Below, piece after piece: positions 38,718-48,761 of a DNA stretch of 64,000 nucleotides; the first letter of the stretch is position 1; each line of letters opens with the position of its first letter. The notes under the pieces are model-generated. The model was not told the DNA's origin. It was given only the letters and a program-made list of their open reading frames with translations, and made no database searches. Location: IMG/VR virus record IMGVR_UViG_3300009514_000016, positions 16,186 to 80,185 of that record; one strand, 5' to 3'. This DNA is from a virus. The position numbers were made by a program, and so were the translations under genes.

Positions 38718-40445
38718 TTACCTAAACCCTGTATAAGCAACAATCGCTCTCGGAAGCCTCTTGTCGTTCCTCTGATTAAAGTTCATTCCGACGTAAAGAG
38801 CGCCTGCCAAGCAGTCAGCTAAGTCGTCTGTTCCGACTTCGCCGTCTTGATCGGGATAAAGAGTATATCCCTTATGAGTGTACTTCATCTTCAACTCTTT
38901 CAATTCATTTATCAAATAGTAATTATCTGGAATGCTAACGTTTTCCATTCTGACCGCTTCTCGCAAAGCTCCATAAATTAGAGATTTATAGCTCTGACCA
39001 AACCTTGTCTCTACGGCATTTAGACCATATTTAACAAATCTCTGCCTGCTGTGAACAGATTGAAAGTTGTCAAAAGTCAAAGTTGCAAGCTGAAATCTGC
39101 GCGAAAGATCAATAATTTCATTGTCAATGGATTCCAAGTCTAATTCTTTTCCGCCTTCTGGTTCCCACCTTCTGATGAGATCGACAACAAATTTCTTTCT
39201 CTCTTCACCGCCTGTGTGAGTATAGTGCTCAACATGTCCAATAATGCATCCGTAAATGTGGCTTGAAATAGCCGGGTCGATGTGCATGTGGTATATTTTC
39301 CCTTTGACGCCCACATGCTGCTCTGAAAGAGTCAAATCGACAATATTTTCTACCTGCTCTCCAGTTAGGAAATTTGAAGCAGCGCTTCCGCTGAATTGCG
39401 CTCCATATTCCATCTCTGCAGAAACCGGATCTCTTTTGAAATCGTTTTTAAAGTCTTCCCTAGTAAGTGTTTCATTCGCAACCCATGTTGGAAGCTGGAA
39501 ACAAATTGTGTCCTGGGCTGACAAATCATTCCCCTGCTTGTAGAGTTTGTAGAATATCCCCTCTTTTCCAGCCGGGTTCGATAGACTCATGATCCTTCCA
39601 TGCTCTTTGAAAGTTTTAGTTGACGGAATCATGGACTCATAAACTTGAGAGCCACTGCTTTTTCCAGTTGAGGTGACAAAGTGGGCTAACTCATCAAAAA
39701 TAACGGCGATTGCCAGTTTTCCACGAAGCGAGGCGCTGTTGGAGTGCCCGCATCTTAGGACAATAGAGCCCTTGATGTCAATTGGATTGCCATCATCTTG
39801 CAGTTCTTTTTGTCTTTCTCTGTCTTTTCTGGTGTAGACGTGGATTGTGTCTTCAGTGCTTGCGCCGATTCTTCCAAAGAAATATGGAGAGTTTCTTAGT
39901 CTCGCTTTAATTTCTTCAAAAAGCGGAGATTTAGCCTGCTCTTTAGAAACAGCGCAGTTGATGATGGATATTTCCTTATCCTTTGGCAGTCCGTAAAACT
40001 CATGGGGATCGCCATTGTTTATTTCTAGCAGTTTATAGATTTCATAAGCACTAATAACTGAAATGATGAACGTTTTGCTGGAACGACGACCAAGGACTAA
40101 CACTAGTTCTTTAACATGTGCAGGAAGTCCGGCCTCATTTTTCATGCCGTACTTTTTAAGAGCGGCAGTCTGACCGTTCTCTTCCATGAGCCTGATCTCT
40201 TCTTCTGTCAATTCGAGATCTTCGTTCCCGATGCTTCCTCGATAGAAACATTTGAGAATAATTCGCTGCCAAGGCCACAAAGCGAATCCCTGAGCCTTAA
40301 CGTTTAGTAGATCTGATCTTTCGCAGAATTCGATAACGTTAGCAATGTCTTTGCCGGAAGTTAGGTCTGTAGATATTCGACTTGTTAAGTCATCAACAAT
40401 ATTGTTGAAACTTATCACTTGTTTTTTGTTTTGTTTTTTTGCCAT
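38718..40445 (-). CDS. terL: Terminase large subunit
   Basis: Q motif LWPWQ, Walker A LVLGRRSSKT, SLRG, Walker B AVIFDELAHF, coupling motif LSNP, nuclease HIDPA and DDLADCLAG. Confidence 0.92.
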   Translation of the reverse strand: MAKKQNKKQVISFNNIVDDLTSRISTDLTSGKDIANVIEFCERSDLLNVKAQGFALWPWQRIILKCFYRGSIGNEDLELTEEEIRLMEENGQTAALKKYGMKNEAGLPAHVKELVLVLGRRSSKTFIISVISAYEIYKLLEINNGDPHEFYGLPKDKEISIINCAVSKEQAKSPLFEEIKARLRNSPYFFGRIGASTEDTIHVYTRKDRERQKELQDDGNPIDIKGSIVLRCGHSNSASLRGKLAIAVIFDELAHFVTSTGKSSGSQVYESMIPSTKTFKEHGRIMSLSNPAGKEGIFYKLYKQGNDLSAQDTICFQLPTWVANETLTREDFKNDFKRDPVSAEMEYGAQFSGSAASNFLTGEQVENIVDLTLSEQHVGVKGKIYHMHIDPAISSHIYGCIIGHVEHYTHTGGEERKKFVVDLIRRWEPEGGKELDLESIDNEIIDLSRRFQLATLTFDNFQSVHSRQRFVKYGLNAVETRFGQSYKSLIYGALREAVRMENVSIPDNYYLINELKELKMKYTHKGYTLYPDQDGEVGTDDLADCLAGALYVGMNFNQRNDKRLPRAIVAYTGFR

Positions 40446-40516
40446 GAAAATAACCGCAAATAGAATTAACTACTTACGGTTACAATTATTTATGATTGAA
40501 AACCTGCGTTTTATTC

Positions 40517-41059
40517 TTAGGACATAACTGAAAATACCTTTTGATTAAGTTTTTCTTCAATCATATTAACCAACTCGAAATGTTTGTTGCTATAAGAATT
40601 TAGGCTATCTGCGTATATGGCATCACATTTCGTTCCGCGGTATATTTCAATTTCATGAATATTCCCAAAATGGACAGAATATAAATAGTCCCCCAAAGGA
40701 AACGATATTTCATGATTAAATCCACAAGTAAGAAAAACATCATCCATATTTACAACTTCACCAATTTGCAAATTAAAAAACAAATTATTGAGCATAAGCT
40801 TGCAATTAAATTTAGCTCGACTTATGATCAGAATGTTTCTATCTCCGCAGCATTCTGTTTCTTGCATAAATTCTTCCGAATCAAATGCTGGAGCTATCTT
40901 TGTTGTCTCGTAATATTGGACATAATCTTTCATCGCGCAAAATAAAAGAGCCCATGAATTTCCTGCGCGCCTTGGAGCAACAATATGTCGATGAGCACCT
41001 TCTTCAAAAGTGCTCATGACATATTGCTGATATCTAGTCGGAGTAAAATGAAGAATCAT
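40517..41059 (-). CDS. Degenerate terminase-ATPase-like protein
   Basis: PTRYQ, APRRAGNS (Walker A Lys lost), NILIIS, YRG..CDAIYADS; no nuclease domain. Confidence 0.55.
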   Translation of the reverse strand: MILHFTPTRYQQYVMSTFEEGAHRHIVAPRRAGNSWALLFCAMKDYVQYYETTKIAPAFDSEEFMQETECCGDRNILIISRAKFNCKLMLNNLFFNLQIGEVVNMDDVFLTCGFNHEISFPLGDYLYSVHFGNIHEIEIYRGTKCDAIYADSLNSYSNKHFELVNMIEEKLNQKVFSVMS

Positions 41060-41062
41060 TTT

Positions 41063-42688
41063 TTAGAATGGAATTCCTGGAATGCCGCTCAACATTTCCC
41101 CGCCTGCTTTTGGATTTTCCTCAACCAACATGACTTGGCTTGTTAGAAGCAATCCGGCAATGCTCGCAGCAGTTTCTAAAGCAGTTGTTGTAACTTTAGC
41201 TGGGTCAATGATTCCGCTCTCAACAACGTCTCCATACTCTCCACTCGCAGCATCATAGCCATATTCATACTTGTTTTCTCTGAGAACATTTTGGACAACA
41301 ACCTCCCCATTTGCTCCAGCATTCTCAGCAATTTTCATAATAGGAGCAGCAAGAGCTTCATAGACTATCTGAATTCCTCTTGCGAAATCTCCCTTATGTT
41401 CTTTGGCAAAGTCTGTTAGAACTTCTCTTGATCTTAGCAAAGCGATCCCACCTCCAGGGAGAACTCCAGTTTCAATTGCAGCTCTGGTTGCGTGTAGAGC
41501 ATCCTCGATTCTGGCTTTCTTTTCTTTCATCTCTACTTCAGTGGCAGCGCCAACATTAATCTGAGCAATTCCGCCAGCAAGTCTAGCTAGACGCTCTTGC
41601 AATTTCTCAGTTTCATATTCACTCTTTGAAGCAGCGATATGTGATTTGATTTGCTCAATTGCCTCGTCAATCTTTTCATCCTCGCCATAGCCATTGGTAA
41701 TAGTTGTTGAATGTTTGGTTATGACGATTTTCCCGCAACGTCCCATATCTTCAATTTTGAAGTCTCTAGCTTTCTTGCCTGAGTCTTTTAGGAGTGCTTT
41801 TCCGCCAGTGGCAACAGCAATATCTTCAATAAGGTTTCTCTGGGTGTCACCAACACCGGGGACTTTGACGCAGCAAGCACTCATTCTGCCTTGCAGCTTA
41901 TTGGTCAAAATGGTTGTCAAGAATATTTCAGAGAAATCTGGAGCAATGAGAACAACTGATTCGCCTTCATTGGCGCATGCTTGAAGCACTCCAGTTAAAT
42001 CTCTGATGTTCACATTTTTGTCATCTGTCAAAAACAGGCGAGCATTGTGGAAAACACATGTCTGCTTATCTTTTTCTGTTGCGAATGCCTGACTGACCCA
42101 TCCTTTATCAAATTGCATACCAGCAATTAGGTCGATATAAGTTTCATTGGTTTTGCCCTCTTCAACTGTGACAACGCCATCTGTCCCAACCTTCTCCATT
42201 GCATCAGCGATAATTTCGCCGATATAGGTATCGTTGTTGGATGCGATTGAGGCAACTTGAGTTACTTCATTTTTGCTGTCAATTTGCTTAACTTTGGCCT
42301 TCAAGTCTGCCATAACTTTATCGACCGCAGCGTGAATCCCGTTCTTTAGAGTGACTGGGTTAGCGCCAGCAGAAACTGCTTTTCTTCCGCTTTGATAAAT
42401 TGCTCTTCCAAGAACAGTAGAAGTTGTGGTTCCATCTCCAGCGACTTCAGCAGCTTTGACAGCAACTTCTTTTAGCATTCTTGCGCCAAGATTCACAAAT
42501 TCATCTGATACTTCAAATTCTTTTGCTACAGTAACGCCGTCTTTGGTGACTATTGGAGAACCGCCTAGTTTTCCAATGATAACATGTCTTCCTTTTGGCC
42601 CAAGAGTAGATCCAACTGCATCGGCAATTTGATTTACGCCTTGCTCAATAGCATCCTGAGCATACTCAAAGTATATGACTTTTTTCAT
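41063..42688 (-). CDS. groEL: Chaperonin GroEL
   Basis: TLGPKGR, TKDGVTVAKE, AGDGTTTSTV, GMQFDKG, LQERLARLAGG, PGGG, GIIDPAKV. Confidence 0.97.
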   Translation of the reverse strand: MKKVIYFEYAQDAIEQGVNQIADAVGSTLGPKGRHVIIGKLGGSPIVTKDGVTVAKEFEVSDEFVNLGARMLKEVAVKAAEVAGDGTTTSTVLGRAIYQSGRKAVSAGANPVTLKNGIHAAVDKVMADLKAKVKQIDSKNEVTQVASIASNNDTYIGEIIADAMEKVGTDGVVTVEEGKTNETYIDLIAGMQFDKGWVSQAFATEKDKQTCVFHNARLFLTDDKNVNIRDLTGVLQACANEGESVVLIAPDFSEIFLTTILTNKLQGRMSACCVKVPGVGDTQRNLIEDIAVATGGKALLKDSGKKARDFKIEDMGRCGKIVITKHSTTITNGYGEDEKIDEAIEQIKSHIAASKSEYETEKLQERLARLAGGIAQINVGAATEVEMKEKKARIEDALHATRAAIETGVLPGGGIALLRSREVLTDFAKEHKGDFARGIQIVYEALAAPIMKIAENAGANGEVVVQNVLRENKYEYGYDAASGEYGDVVESGIIDPAKVTTTALETAASIAGLLLTSQVMLVEENPKAGGEMLSGIPGIPF

Positions 42689-42742
42689 ATTTCAATTCTC
42701 CGTTTTGTTCGCTTTGCAATTATACAAGCTTTGTCGGTGTCT

Positions 42743-43069
42743 CTAAGCTGTTTCTACTAGTTCGTCTTCTGTTTCTTCAACTAGAGAGATAACAGCCAGT
42801 ACATTTTCATCTTTGACGACGGTGTACTTTTGTCCGCCGATTTCAATAATAGTTCCTTGAGAGAAAACAATCTGGTCTCCAAGCTGAACATCAAGATTTT
42901 CAAATTCTTTGACTTGAACACCGATTCTAACGACAGTTCCTTTAATGCTGTTACTATTCATTTCTTCTTCTGATTCAGGAATGAATAGAGCATCAGGGTC
43001 TTGTTCCACTTTTTTAACTGGAGTGACCAAGAAGTGTCTAGGGGCTGGACGAATCTCTACTTTGCTCAT
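42743..43069 (-). CDS. groES: Co-chaperonin GroES
   Basis: IRP...FLV, LFIPES, GTVVRIG, GDQIVF, VKDENVLAVI; adjacent to groEL. Confidence 0.85.
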   Translation of the reverse strand: MSKVEIRPAPRHFLVTPVKKVEQDPDALFIPESEEEMNSNSIKGTVVRIGVQVKEFENLDVQLGDQIVFSQGTIIEIGGQKYTVVKDENVLAVISLVEETEDELVETA

Positions 43070-43376
43070 CTAAGTGCCTTTCATTTTCAATTTGTTTTTT
43101 CAATTCATTTGCCAATTCAAACTCGCCATTCATGATGGCTTGTTCTAATTGGGATTTCCGCTCTGAATCAGATATATCCTCTTCTTTTATGGAATCACGA
43201 GAAATGTTCTCGCAATTTGAATTTGTTCTGCCTTTATGTTTTATGCTGCGGCTCTGAATTTCAGTCAGAATAACTTCTAACTCTTCTCTAAAAACATCAT
43301 AGCATTTTGGGCATCCCAAGTATGGCGATGTTTTTAGGTTTGCAATTTGGAAACCGCATTCACAAGATTCTGGCAT
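43038..43376 (-). CDS. McsA-like protein (CxxC plus UVR motif)
   Basis: CECG...LGCPKCYDVF...L..IL..IQ.....H.G and LEQAIMNGEFELANELKKQI UVR motif. Confidence 0.8.
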   Translation of the reverse strand: MPESCECGFQIANLKTSPYLGCPKCYDVFREELEVILTEIQSRSIKHKGRTNSNCENISRDSIKEEDISDSERKSQLEQAIMNGEFELANELKKQIENERHLDEQSRDSSSP

Positions 43377-43396
43377 TCGTCATTATACAAGAGTTT

Positions 43397-43912
43397 TTAG
43401 GAAACTCGCATGCTCACTTCATATATTGTTGAGCCAATCACATAATAGTAGCGATTGATTAGTTTGAAAATAGAATTGGGTTTCAAATCAAATATGGCAT
43501 GAAGCGCTGCATTGTTTACAGTTGTGAACGGTGTGACGCTCGGGCTTAGTCTTCTGTTCCCGTAAACCAAAGCAATGAATGGTGTATTTTTGGATCTGTG
43601 TTTGACTATCGCCAAATTGATTGGGGCTGGCTCATTGGTTGGCCCGTCGTCAATATCGTTTTTGGGAGTAAAATCGTTTGGAGGATTTCTTCTCTCAGTG
43701 ACATCGACTCTAGTTATTCTGTAATAAACAAAATCCTGCCCCTCCCTATAAACTTCATTAGCATCGCCATCAGATGTTAGGGCAGCAGAAACAGCACTGA
43801 CGATTGGCTCAACATCGGTGTCTTCATCTCCAATAATGGCCACGAATTCTCCGGCAGTAAATTTATCTGTAGCTTCGTCTATGAATTCGCTGATAGTAAA
43901 AGTTTTACCCAT
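43397..43912 (-). CDS. Hypothetical protein
   Basis: 171-aa ORF abutting the upstream gene. Confidence 0.6.
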   Translation of the reverse strand: MGKTFTISEFIDEATDKFTAGEFVAIIGDEDTDVEPIVSAVSAALTSDGDANEVYREGQDFVYYRITRVDVTERRNPPNDFTPKNDIDDGPTNEPAPINLAIVKHRSKNTPFIALVYGNRRLSPSVTPFTTVNNAALHAIFDLKPNSIFKLINRYYYVIGSTIYEVSMRVS

Positions 43913-44248
43913 TTATATCTCTATGTTTGTAAATCTGTCTTCTGAACCACCAGTTTTAGGAGTGTTTTTGCCCTTAACAAATGTATCAGCGATTTTTGTA
44001 GCCAAAAATTTGTCTATGCATCTAGGCCCGTGAAAAGGAACGTCATATATATGTTCTTTTTTCTTATCTGGCTCAGCGGCTGGTCGGTAGATCTTTAATC
44101 TGCAATACATAGTTCCTGTTCGGATCTCTTTATTGCATCCGGGGCATGTGTAGTCTTTGGACGCAGGAAATCTGGAATCTCTTATTAGTAAATACTCTCC
44201 TAAAGATTTTCGAATTAGGGGATTCCAATCTGTGTCCTTATTAGCCAT
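43913..44248 (-). CDS. Zn-ribbon protein with C-terminal IEI tag
   Basis: ASKDYTCPGCNKEIRTG...HGPRC; ends RFTNIEI. Confidence 0.7.
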   Translation of the reverse strand: MANKDTDWNPLIRKSLGEYLLIRDSRFPASKDYTCPGCNKEIRTGTMYCRLKIYRPAAEPDKKKEHIYDVPFHGPRCIDKFLATKIADTFVKGKNTPKTGGSEDRFTNIEI

Positions 44249-44249
44249 G

Positions 44250-44591
44250 TCACTGCCTTTTGATTTTAGATATTTCTAACACTAGATATCTCAAATACAT
44301 TGGAATTAGGAATATCGCAGCAATAGGAAAGAAATAGGCCGACACTCCAAACAACGCTGACATTGAGATGAAAATAGCTGCATTAAAACCAAATTCAAGT
44401 TTTGTATGCTCTTTTCCCTCTTTTGATTTATCAGAAAGTTCTTGAATCTTGTCTAAAATCTTCTCTGAAGCGGCTGTCATAGATTCTGCTAGTTGTTGGC
44501 CTTGTTTGTCTTTTGCGGATTTCGCATTTTTAAGTGTATCAATAAAATCATTATATTCTTGGCCGTAATTGTTTTTATTTTCTTCTGTCAT
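44250..44591 (-). CDS. Small membrane protein
   Basis: C-terminal hydrophobic hairpin; ATGA overlap with the upstream stop. Confidence 0.6.
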   Translation of the reverse strand: MTEENKNNYGQEYNDFIDTLKNAKSAKDKQGQQLAESMTAASEKILDKIQELSDKSKEGKEHTKLEFGFNAAIFISMSALFGVSAYFFPIAAIFLIPMYLRYLVLEISKIKRQ

Positions 44592-45028
44592 ATTTCCAAC
44601 CCAACCCATCTGTCAGTGTGGTCCCACATTTTTTTGTTCTCTTCATGAAGATATTCGACACTGATATCTTTGTAGACGCAAATCTCTCCAGCGTGAGGCC
44701 CCTCAATAAATTCAATATTAAATGAAGTGCCAGTGTAGTAGTCTACGTCAATTGAATGTATTATACCAACGGATTGTTCCGGGTCAAATCGTTTCTTAAG
44801 TCTTACTTTATCGCCTATTGTTGGCATCCATTCCATATTGCACGATCCGATGATTTCATATTGTCTAGGATTTAAGACGGCCCGATATCCGGGTTTACCG
44901 CTAATGAATGAGACAAGAACAAATAGGCCAGTCTCGCGCTCTTGCACGCTAAGAATTCTGGCGACACAATTGTGAAGTTGGTGATTTTCGGCCAAACACC
45001 GAATCACTTTATCTTTTTCCGGTTTCAT
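44588..45028 (-). CDS. Tandem SH3/KOW-like protein with C-terminal LEI tag
   Basis: P.IGDKVR type repeats; ends RWVGLEI; leaderless GTATAAT promoter. Confidence 0.7.
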   Translation of the reverse strand: MKPEKDKVIRCLAENHQLHNCVARILSVQERETGLFVLVSFISGKPGYRAVLNPRQYEIIGSCNMEWMPTIGDKVRLKKRFDPEQSVGIIHSIDVDYYTGTSFNIEFIEGPHAGEICVYKDISVEYLHEENKKMWDHTDRWVGLEI

Positions 45029-45045
45029 GCGCTATTATACAGCGA

Positions 45046-45867
45046 TTAGGAATATATTCTGAGAAGAATATCCTTGATTCTATCGTATCCGAGAGTCTTT
45101 TTCAAACCCAGCATGGCAGTGCTAATGGCAAATGCCCAACGATAATCGTTGTCTTTAATCGAGTCTTTATCAACCTGTTTTGGCTCAACAGTTAATTTGC
45201 CAACCAATTTATCATAGTAGTCAATATTGTCATAAACCTTATTGAGATTGGCTCTTTCAATATATGATCTCCAAAGATCATTCATATCTTCAGCTATTTT
45301 TTTGAACTCTTCGGCTTTTCCAGTTTCTAAAATATCAGTAACTCTGTGGTGAGTCTCATTATAGCGGTGAGTGTAATTCCTGTCGTGAACTCTGTTCTTG
45401 AGAGTCTTTTTCCATTGTCCAAATTCTTTCATCATTTTTCTATTGCGAGCATCGAGCATAACTTCTGCTTCTAATTTTTTAAGCATTTCAGGAGAATAGT
45501 CTAGCATGACGTTTTGAGGGTTTTTATAAACGCGATACTCAGCGTCAAAAGCTTCAACAACTCTTTTTTTATTCCATGAGCCAGATTTCGCAATACTGCC
45601 ATCAAACTTTTTATTGTTAATGCTGTTTTTGATATCGCGCGGATAAATATGGGTGTCAGCTAACATTGTAATGGTTGATGGAATATCCATGTCTATGTTG
45701 GCCATTTTTTTGATGAGAAATCGGTAATCAACCCCAAATAGGTTCTGGGCGATTTCATCTGAATCTTCAGCGTGCTGCATAATGAATGCAAATTTCTCTG
45801 ATCCAAGAATGGTGTGCAGATCGTTTACTAGGTTTCTAATTTCTCTTGAATATGGTTCCATTGACAA
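45046..45867 (-). CDS. Hypothetical protein (putative head protein)
   Basis: Internal SWNKKRVVEA and IKKMAN; late-type promoter upstream. Confidence 0.65.
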   Translation of the reverse strand: MSMEPYSREIRNLVNDLHTILGSEKFAFIMQHAEDSDEIAQNLFGVDYRFLIKKMANIDMDIPSTITMLADTHIYPRDIKNSINNKKFDGSIAKSGSWNKKRVVEAFDAEYRVYKNPQNVMLDYSPEMLKKLEAEVMLDARNRKMMKEFGQWKKTLKNRVHDRNYTHRYNETHHRVTDILETGKAEEFKKIAEDMNDLWRSYIERANLNKVYDNIDYYDKLVGKLTVEPKQVDKDSIKDNDYRWAFAISTAMLGLKKTLGYDRIKDILLRIYS

Positions 45868-45918
45868 TTTCTCTTTGCAAAAGATATATTGACAATTACA
45901 ATATCTTGAGGAAGATTC

Positions 45919-46290
45919 CTATAGGAAATTTGCCGAAAAGAAAATTATCCCAGCGATAGACATGAGCGCAAGCCCTATCCATAATGCTCCAATGGACAGT
46001 TTATTCTCTGCTTCTGTCTCCGTTTGCGCTTCTGATTTTGTATTCAATTTGTCCAGAACCTCCAAAATCAGTTCATTATTAGCGTAGCATATATTAATAA
46101 TGTCTCCTGTTTCCTGATAGATGGTGTTGAATGATTTTTCTACTCCTTTAACAAGCTGCTCAAAATAAGCTGCTGCTTCCATGCTCCGAGCTGTTATTTC
46201 TTGATTCTGAGCAGCCTGAGCACATTCCTGGCACAATTCGCTCTCATTCAGCTCTCCTAGTTCATTGCAGTTATTACATTCTCCGAACAT
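45919..46290 (-). CDS. Zn-finger protein with C-terminal transmembrane anchor
   Basis: Start MFGECNNC with AAGGAG SD; CxxC...CxxC; hydrophobic C-terminus. Confidence 0.65.
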   Translation of the reverse strand: MFGECNNCNELGELNESELCQECAQAAQNQEITARSMEAAAYFEQLVKGVEKSFNTIYQETGDIINICYANNELILEVLDKLNTKSEAQTETEAENKLSIGALWIGLALMSIAGIIFFSANFL

Positions 46291-46409
46291 ATTCAACTCC
46301 TTATGAGATTCAACCGCTATTATATGAATAAAGTGTTGATGGCCAATGATTTTTAAATTTTCCTCTTTTCCGACACCGAGTATAATACCAAAGATTGAAA
46401 GGAATGACA

Positions 46410-47729
46410 ATGAATTGGGAAAACATCACAGAATTTATTGTTCCAGCCATGACGACTGGAATAGCCCCGCGCCCAAATATCAAAAACATCAAAACTGAAA
46501 ATCTTTTTCAGTACACAATCAAGTCATATCTCGAATGGACAGATAAAAACAGTCTGACCATTGTTGCTAAAAACGCAATCCCTGGTGATAACATACATCT
46601 CTCTGGCTGGAATTTATCGGCAAAAACCTTAGATTTAGACGTTAAGTCTATGACTTTCAAAGAAAAATTGTCAACTTTTCTTCTTCCAGTCAAAAGTTAC
46701 CCGCCAAATACTTATGACTCATTTGCCACAACTAAAAATGGCAAAATATTTAATATATCCAATTACCCATATCAAGACCCATACTACAAAACACAAACCA
46801 AATCTGATTACCACGACTACCGACTGCACATACTGAATAATGATGATAAAACTGGATATGCCGGGGAATATAATATTCTGACTCAAGAACATCCGATGTC
46901 AGTAAATATCCCCATTAAAGACCAAATATTTGATCACATAAATGAGAGAAATCCATATCCATTCATGAGCACTAGTAATAACAAAGAAAAAACGCTGATA
47001 AGCAATGAGAAATTAGGATTATTCACTGTCTATGATGAAAACCTTAACTACTGTTTATTTGTTGTTCAAGCAAAAGGAGCTAATGCTGCCATCCTGTCCC
47101 CGAATGGATGTCAAATAATTGTATTCTTGCAACATAAAAACAAGCTAAATTACAAATGCTATGACATAAATTCTGGAACATTGACCAAAACTGGTCAATT
47201 TGCCATCGGGAACAAAAGAAACAAATTTGAACTCAAACCTGAACTAATGGCAATGGACAGCAAAAGAAAGCTGATGTATCTTGGCTATCATAATAATGGA
47301 ATCCCATATATTGCAGTTGCTAATTTTGCAGATGATTCAGTTGTGATCAAGCCATTGGGCGACATAAATGAAATCACTTCTATTAAACAAGATGGAGATT
47401 ATATCTCTGTTGGCGGGGTTATGGTTAAAGGGATGAATTCTATTAATGCCTATGTCCCAAAGAACACCTTTTCGCTTGCTCTAAAAACAAAACCGACTCA
47501 CATATGTAACTCTTTCTTTCAATATGATGATGAAGAAAAAACAATCTCTCACTGCAAGCAATACGATTTCAGCTACAAACTTAATATCGCTAAATCACAG
47601 AGCATATCAAGCAATATCGCTAATAATATGTTGGCTGTTATGGTTGACGATCGCATTCAAATCAAGGAATTCATCAATGAGGAGTTGAAAAACACATATG
47701 ACAAGAAATACCAAGACCTTGAAATCTAA
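46410..47729 (+). CDS. Beta-propeller-like protein with C-terminal LEI tag
   Basis: WD40-like pieces (AILSPNGCQI, EITSIKQDGDYISVGG); ends KYQDLEI; GTATAAT at 46380. Confidence 0.65.
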   Translation: MNWENITEFIVPAMTTGIAPRPNIKNIKTENLFQYTIKSYLEWTDKNSLTIVAKNAIPGDNIHLSGWNLSAKTLDLDVKSMTFKEKLSTFLLPVKSYPPNTYDSFATTKNGKIFNISNYPYQDPYYKTQTKSDYHDYRLHILNNDDKTGYAGEYNILTQEHPMSVNIPIKDQIFDHINERNPYPFMSTSNNKEKTLISNEKLGLFTVYDENLNYCLFVVQAKGANAAILSPNGCQIIVFLQHKNKLNYKCYDINSGTLTKTGQFAIGNKRNKFELKPELMAMDSKRKLMYLGYHNNGIPYIAVANFADDSVVIKPLGDINEITSIKQDGDYISVGGVMVKGMNSINAYVPKNTFSLALKTKPTHICNSFFQYDDEEKTISHCKQYDFSYKLNIAKSQSISSNIANNMLAVMVDDRIQIKEFINEELKNTYDKKYQDLEI

Positions 47730-47730
47730 T

Positions 47731-48300
47731 ATGCCCGGAAAGACTAAAAAATCTTCTAAAGAATCACATTACGAGAAAATGGGGAAACCATCTGAAAAGT
47801 ACATCAGAAGTTTTTCTCAGATTCCAACTAGCAGAATGAGTGAAGAAGATTACTGTCTGATCATGGATAGATTTTTTTTCCAATTAAACAATATTGACGA
47901 AAAGAAACCGCAAACCCTAATTGATAATATCAGTCTAAAATATGAAACAAAAGATGGAGAAGTCAAATATAGCCCCATAGTTGACACTGATTATTGGGTC
48001 AAATATGACGTGAAAGCCAGAACGTACTATATCTATCACTTGATGGCTCGAAAAGTGTCGCAGGGAAAAAGCAAAAATATCCGACTAGAAAAATGGAATG
48101 AAGAAAAACATGGGCCAATCATTCCGCAAACCAGAATCAAATCTAAAAAAGATTCATCAAGAGAAGGGGCAATTTATCCTCATGGCCATCAGTGTTTGAT
48201 TCGGTGGGATGACGGCAAAATAGAATTTCTTAAAACTAAAAGCAGCTTAGTCTTTCTCTGGAAAGAAGACTACGATATTTATAAGACTTTTATAAAATAG
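47731..48300 (+). CDS. Hypothetical basic protein
   Basis: ORF directly after the 47729 stop. Confidence 0.6.
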   Translation: MPGKTKKSSKESHYEKMGKPSEKYIRSFSQIPTSRMSEEDYCLIMDRFFFQLNNIDEKKPQTLIDNISLKYETKDGEVKYSPIVDTDYWVKYDVKARTYYIYHLMARKVSQGKSKNIRLEKWNEEKHGPIIPQTRIKSKKDSSREGAIYPHGHQCLIRWDDGKIEFLKTKSSLVFLWKEDYDIYKTFIK

Positions 48301-48360
48301 CAGGGTGAATATTCGACTTGTCTGAATGGAAAGGAATAATCCTTTTCAGGACAAATCGAA

Positions 48361-48759
48361 GTGAATTTTGAAGAAGAACAAAGCAAATACGCTTACAGAA
48401 AAAACTTACTGTTAAATATGTTTGGCAACAAATGTGCTTGCTGCGGATATGAAGGAAGTCCATCAAGCATGCATTTCCACCATAGAAATCCTGAAGAAAA
48501 AACAGCATCTATCTCCCAGCTTTTAGGCGGCAAGTGGATTAAAGTTCTCAAAGAGGCAGAGAAATGCATTTTATTGTGCAGTCGATGTCACGCCGAACAT
48601 CATGATGGGATAGTTGAGATCCCCGAGGATGCAAAAACAATAATATCCAAGCGAGATGTTTCTTCAGAACTAAAAGAAGACTTAAATAAAATTGCCGAAA
48701 ACACCGGAATGGAGTATAATGATGCGATGAAAATGCTTTTCGGATTTGATTTGGATTAA
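48361..48759 (+). CDS. HNH endonuclease
   Basis: CACCGY.....MHFHHRNPEEK...EAEKCILLCSRCHAEHH. Confidence 0.88.
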   Translation: MNFEEEQSKYAYRKNLLLNMFGNKCACCGYEGSPSSMHFHHRNPEEKTASISQLLGGKWIKVLKEAEKCILLCSRCHAEHHDGIVEIPEDAKTIISKRDVSSELKEDLNKIAENTGMEYNDAMKMLFGFDLD

Positions 48760-48761
48760 AA

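Noticed and set aside
46410-46460. MNWENITEF as an NWY leader on an LEI-tagged protein
   Set aside because: It lacks the aromatic/basic core and K-x-A-Q; treated as coincidental, though it would be an exception to mutual exclusivity if real.
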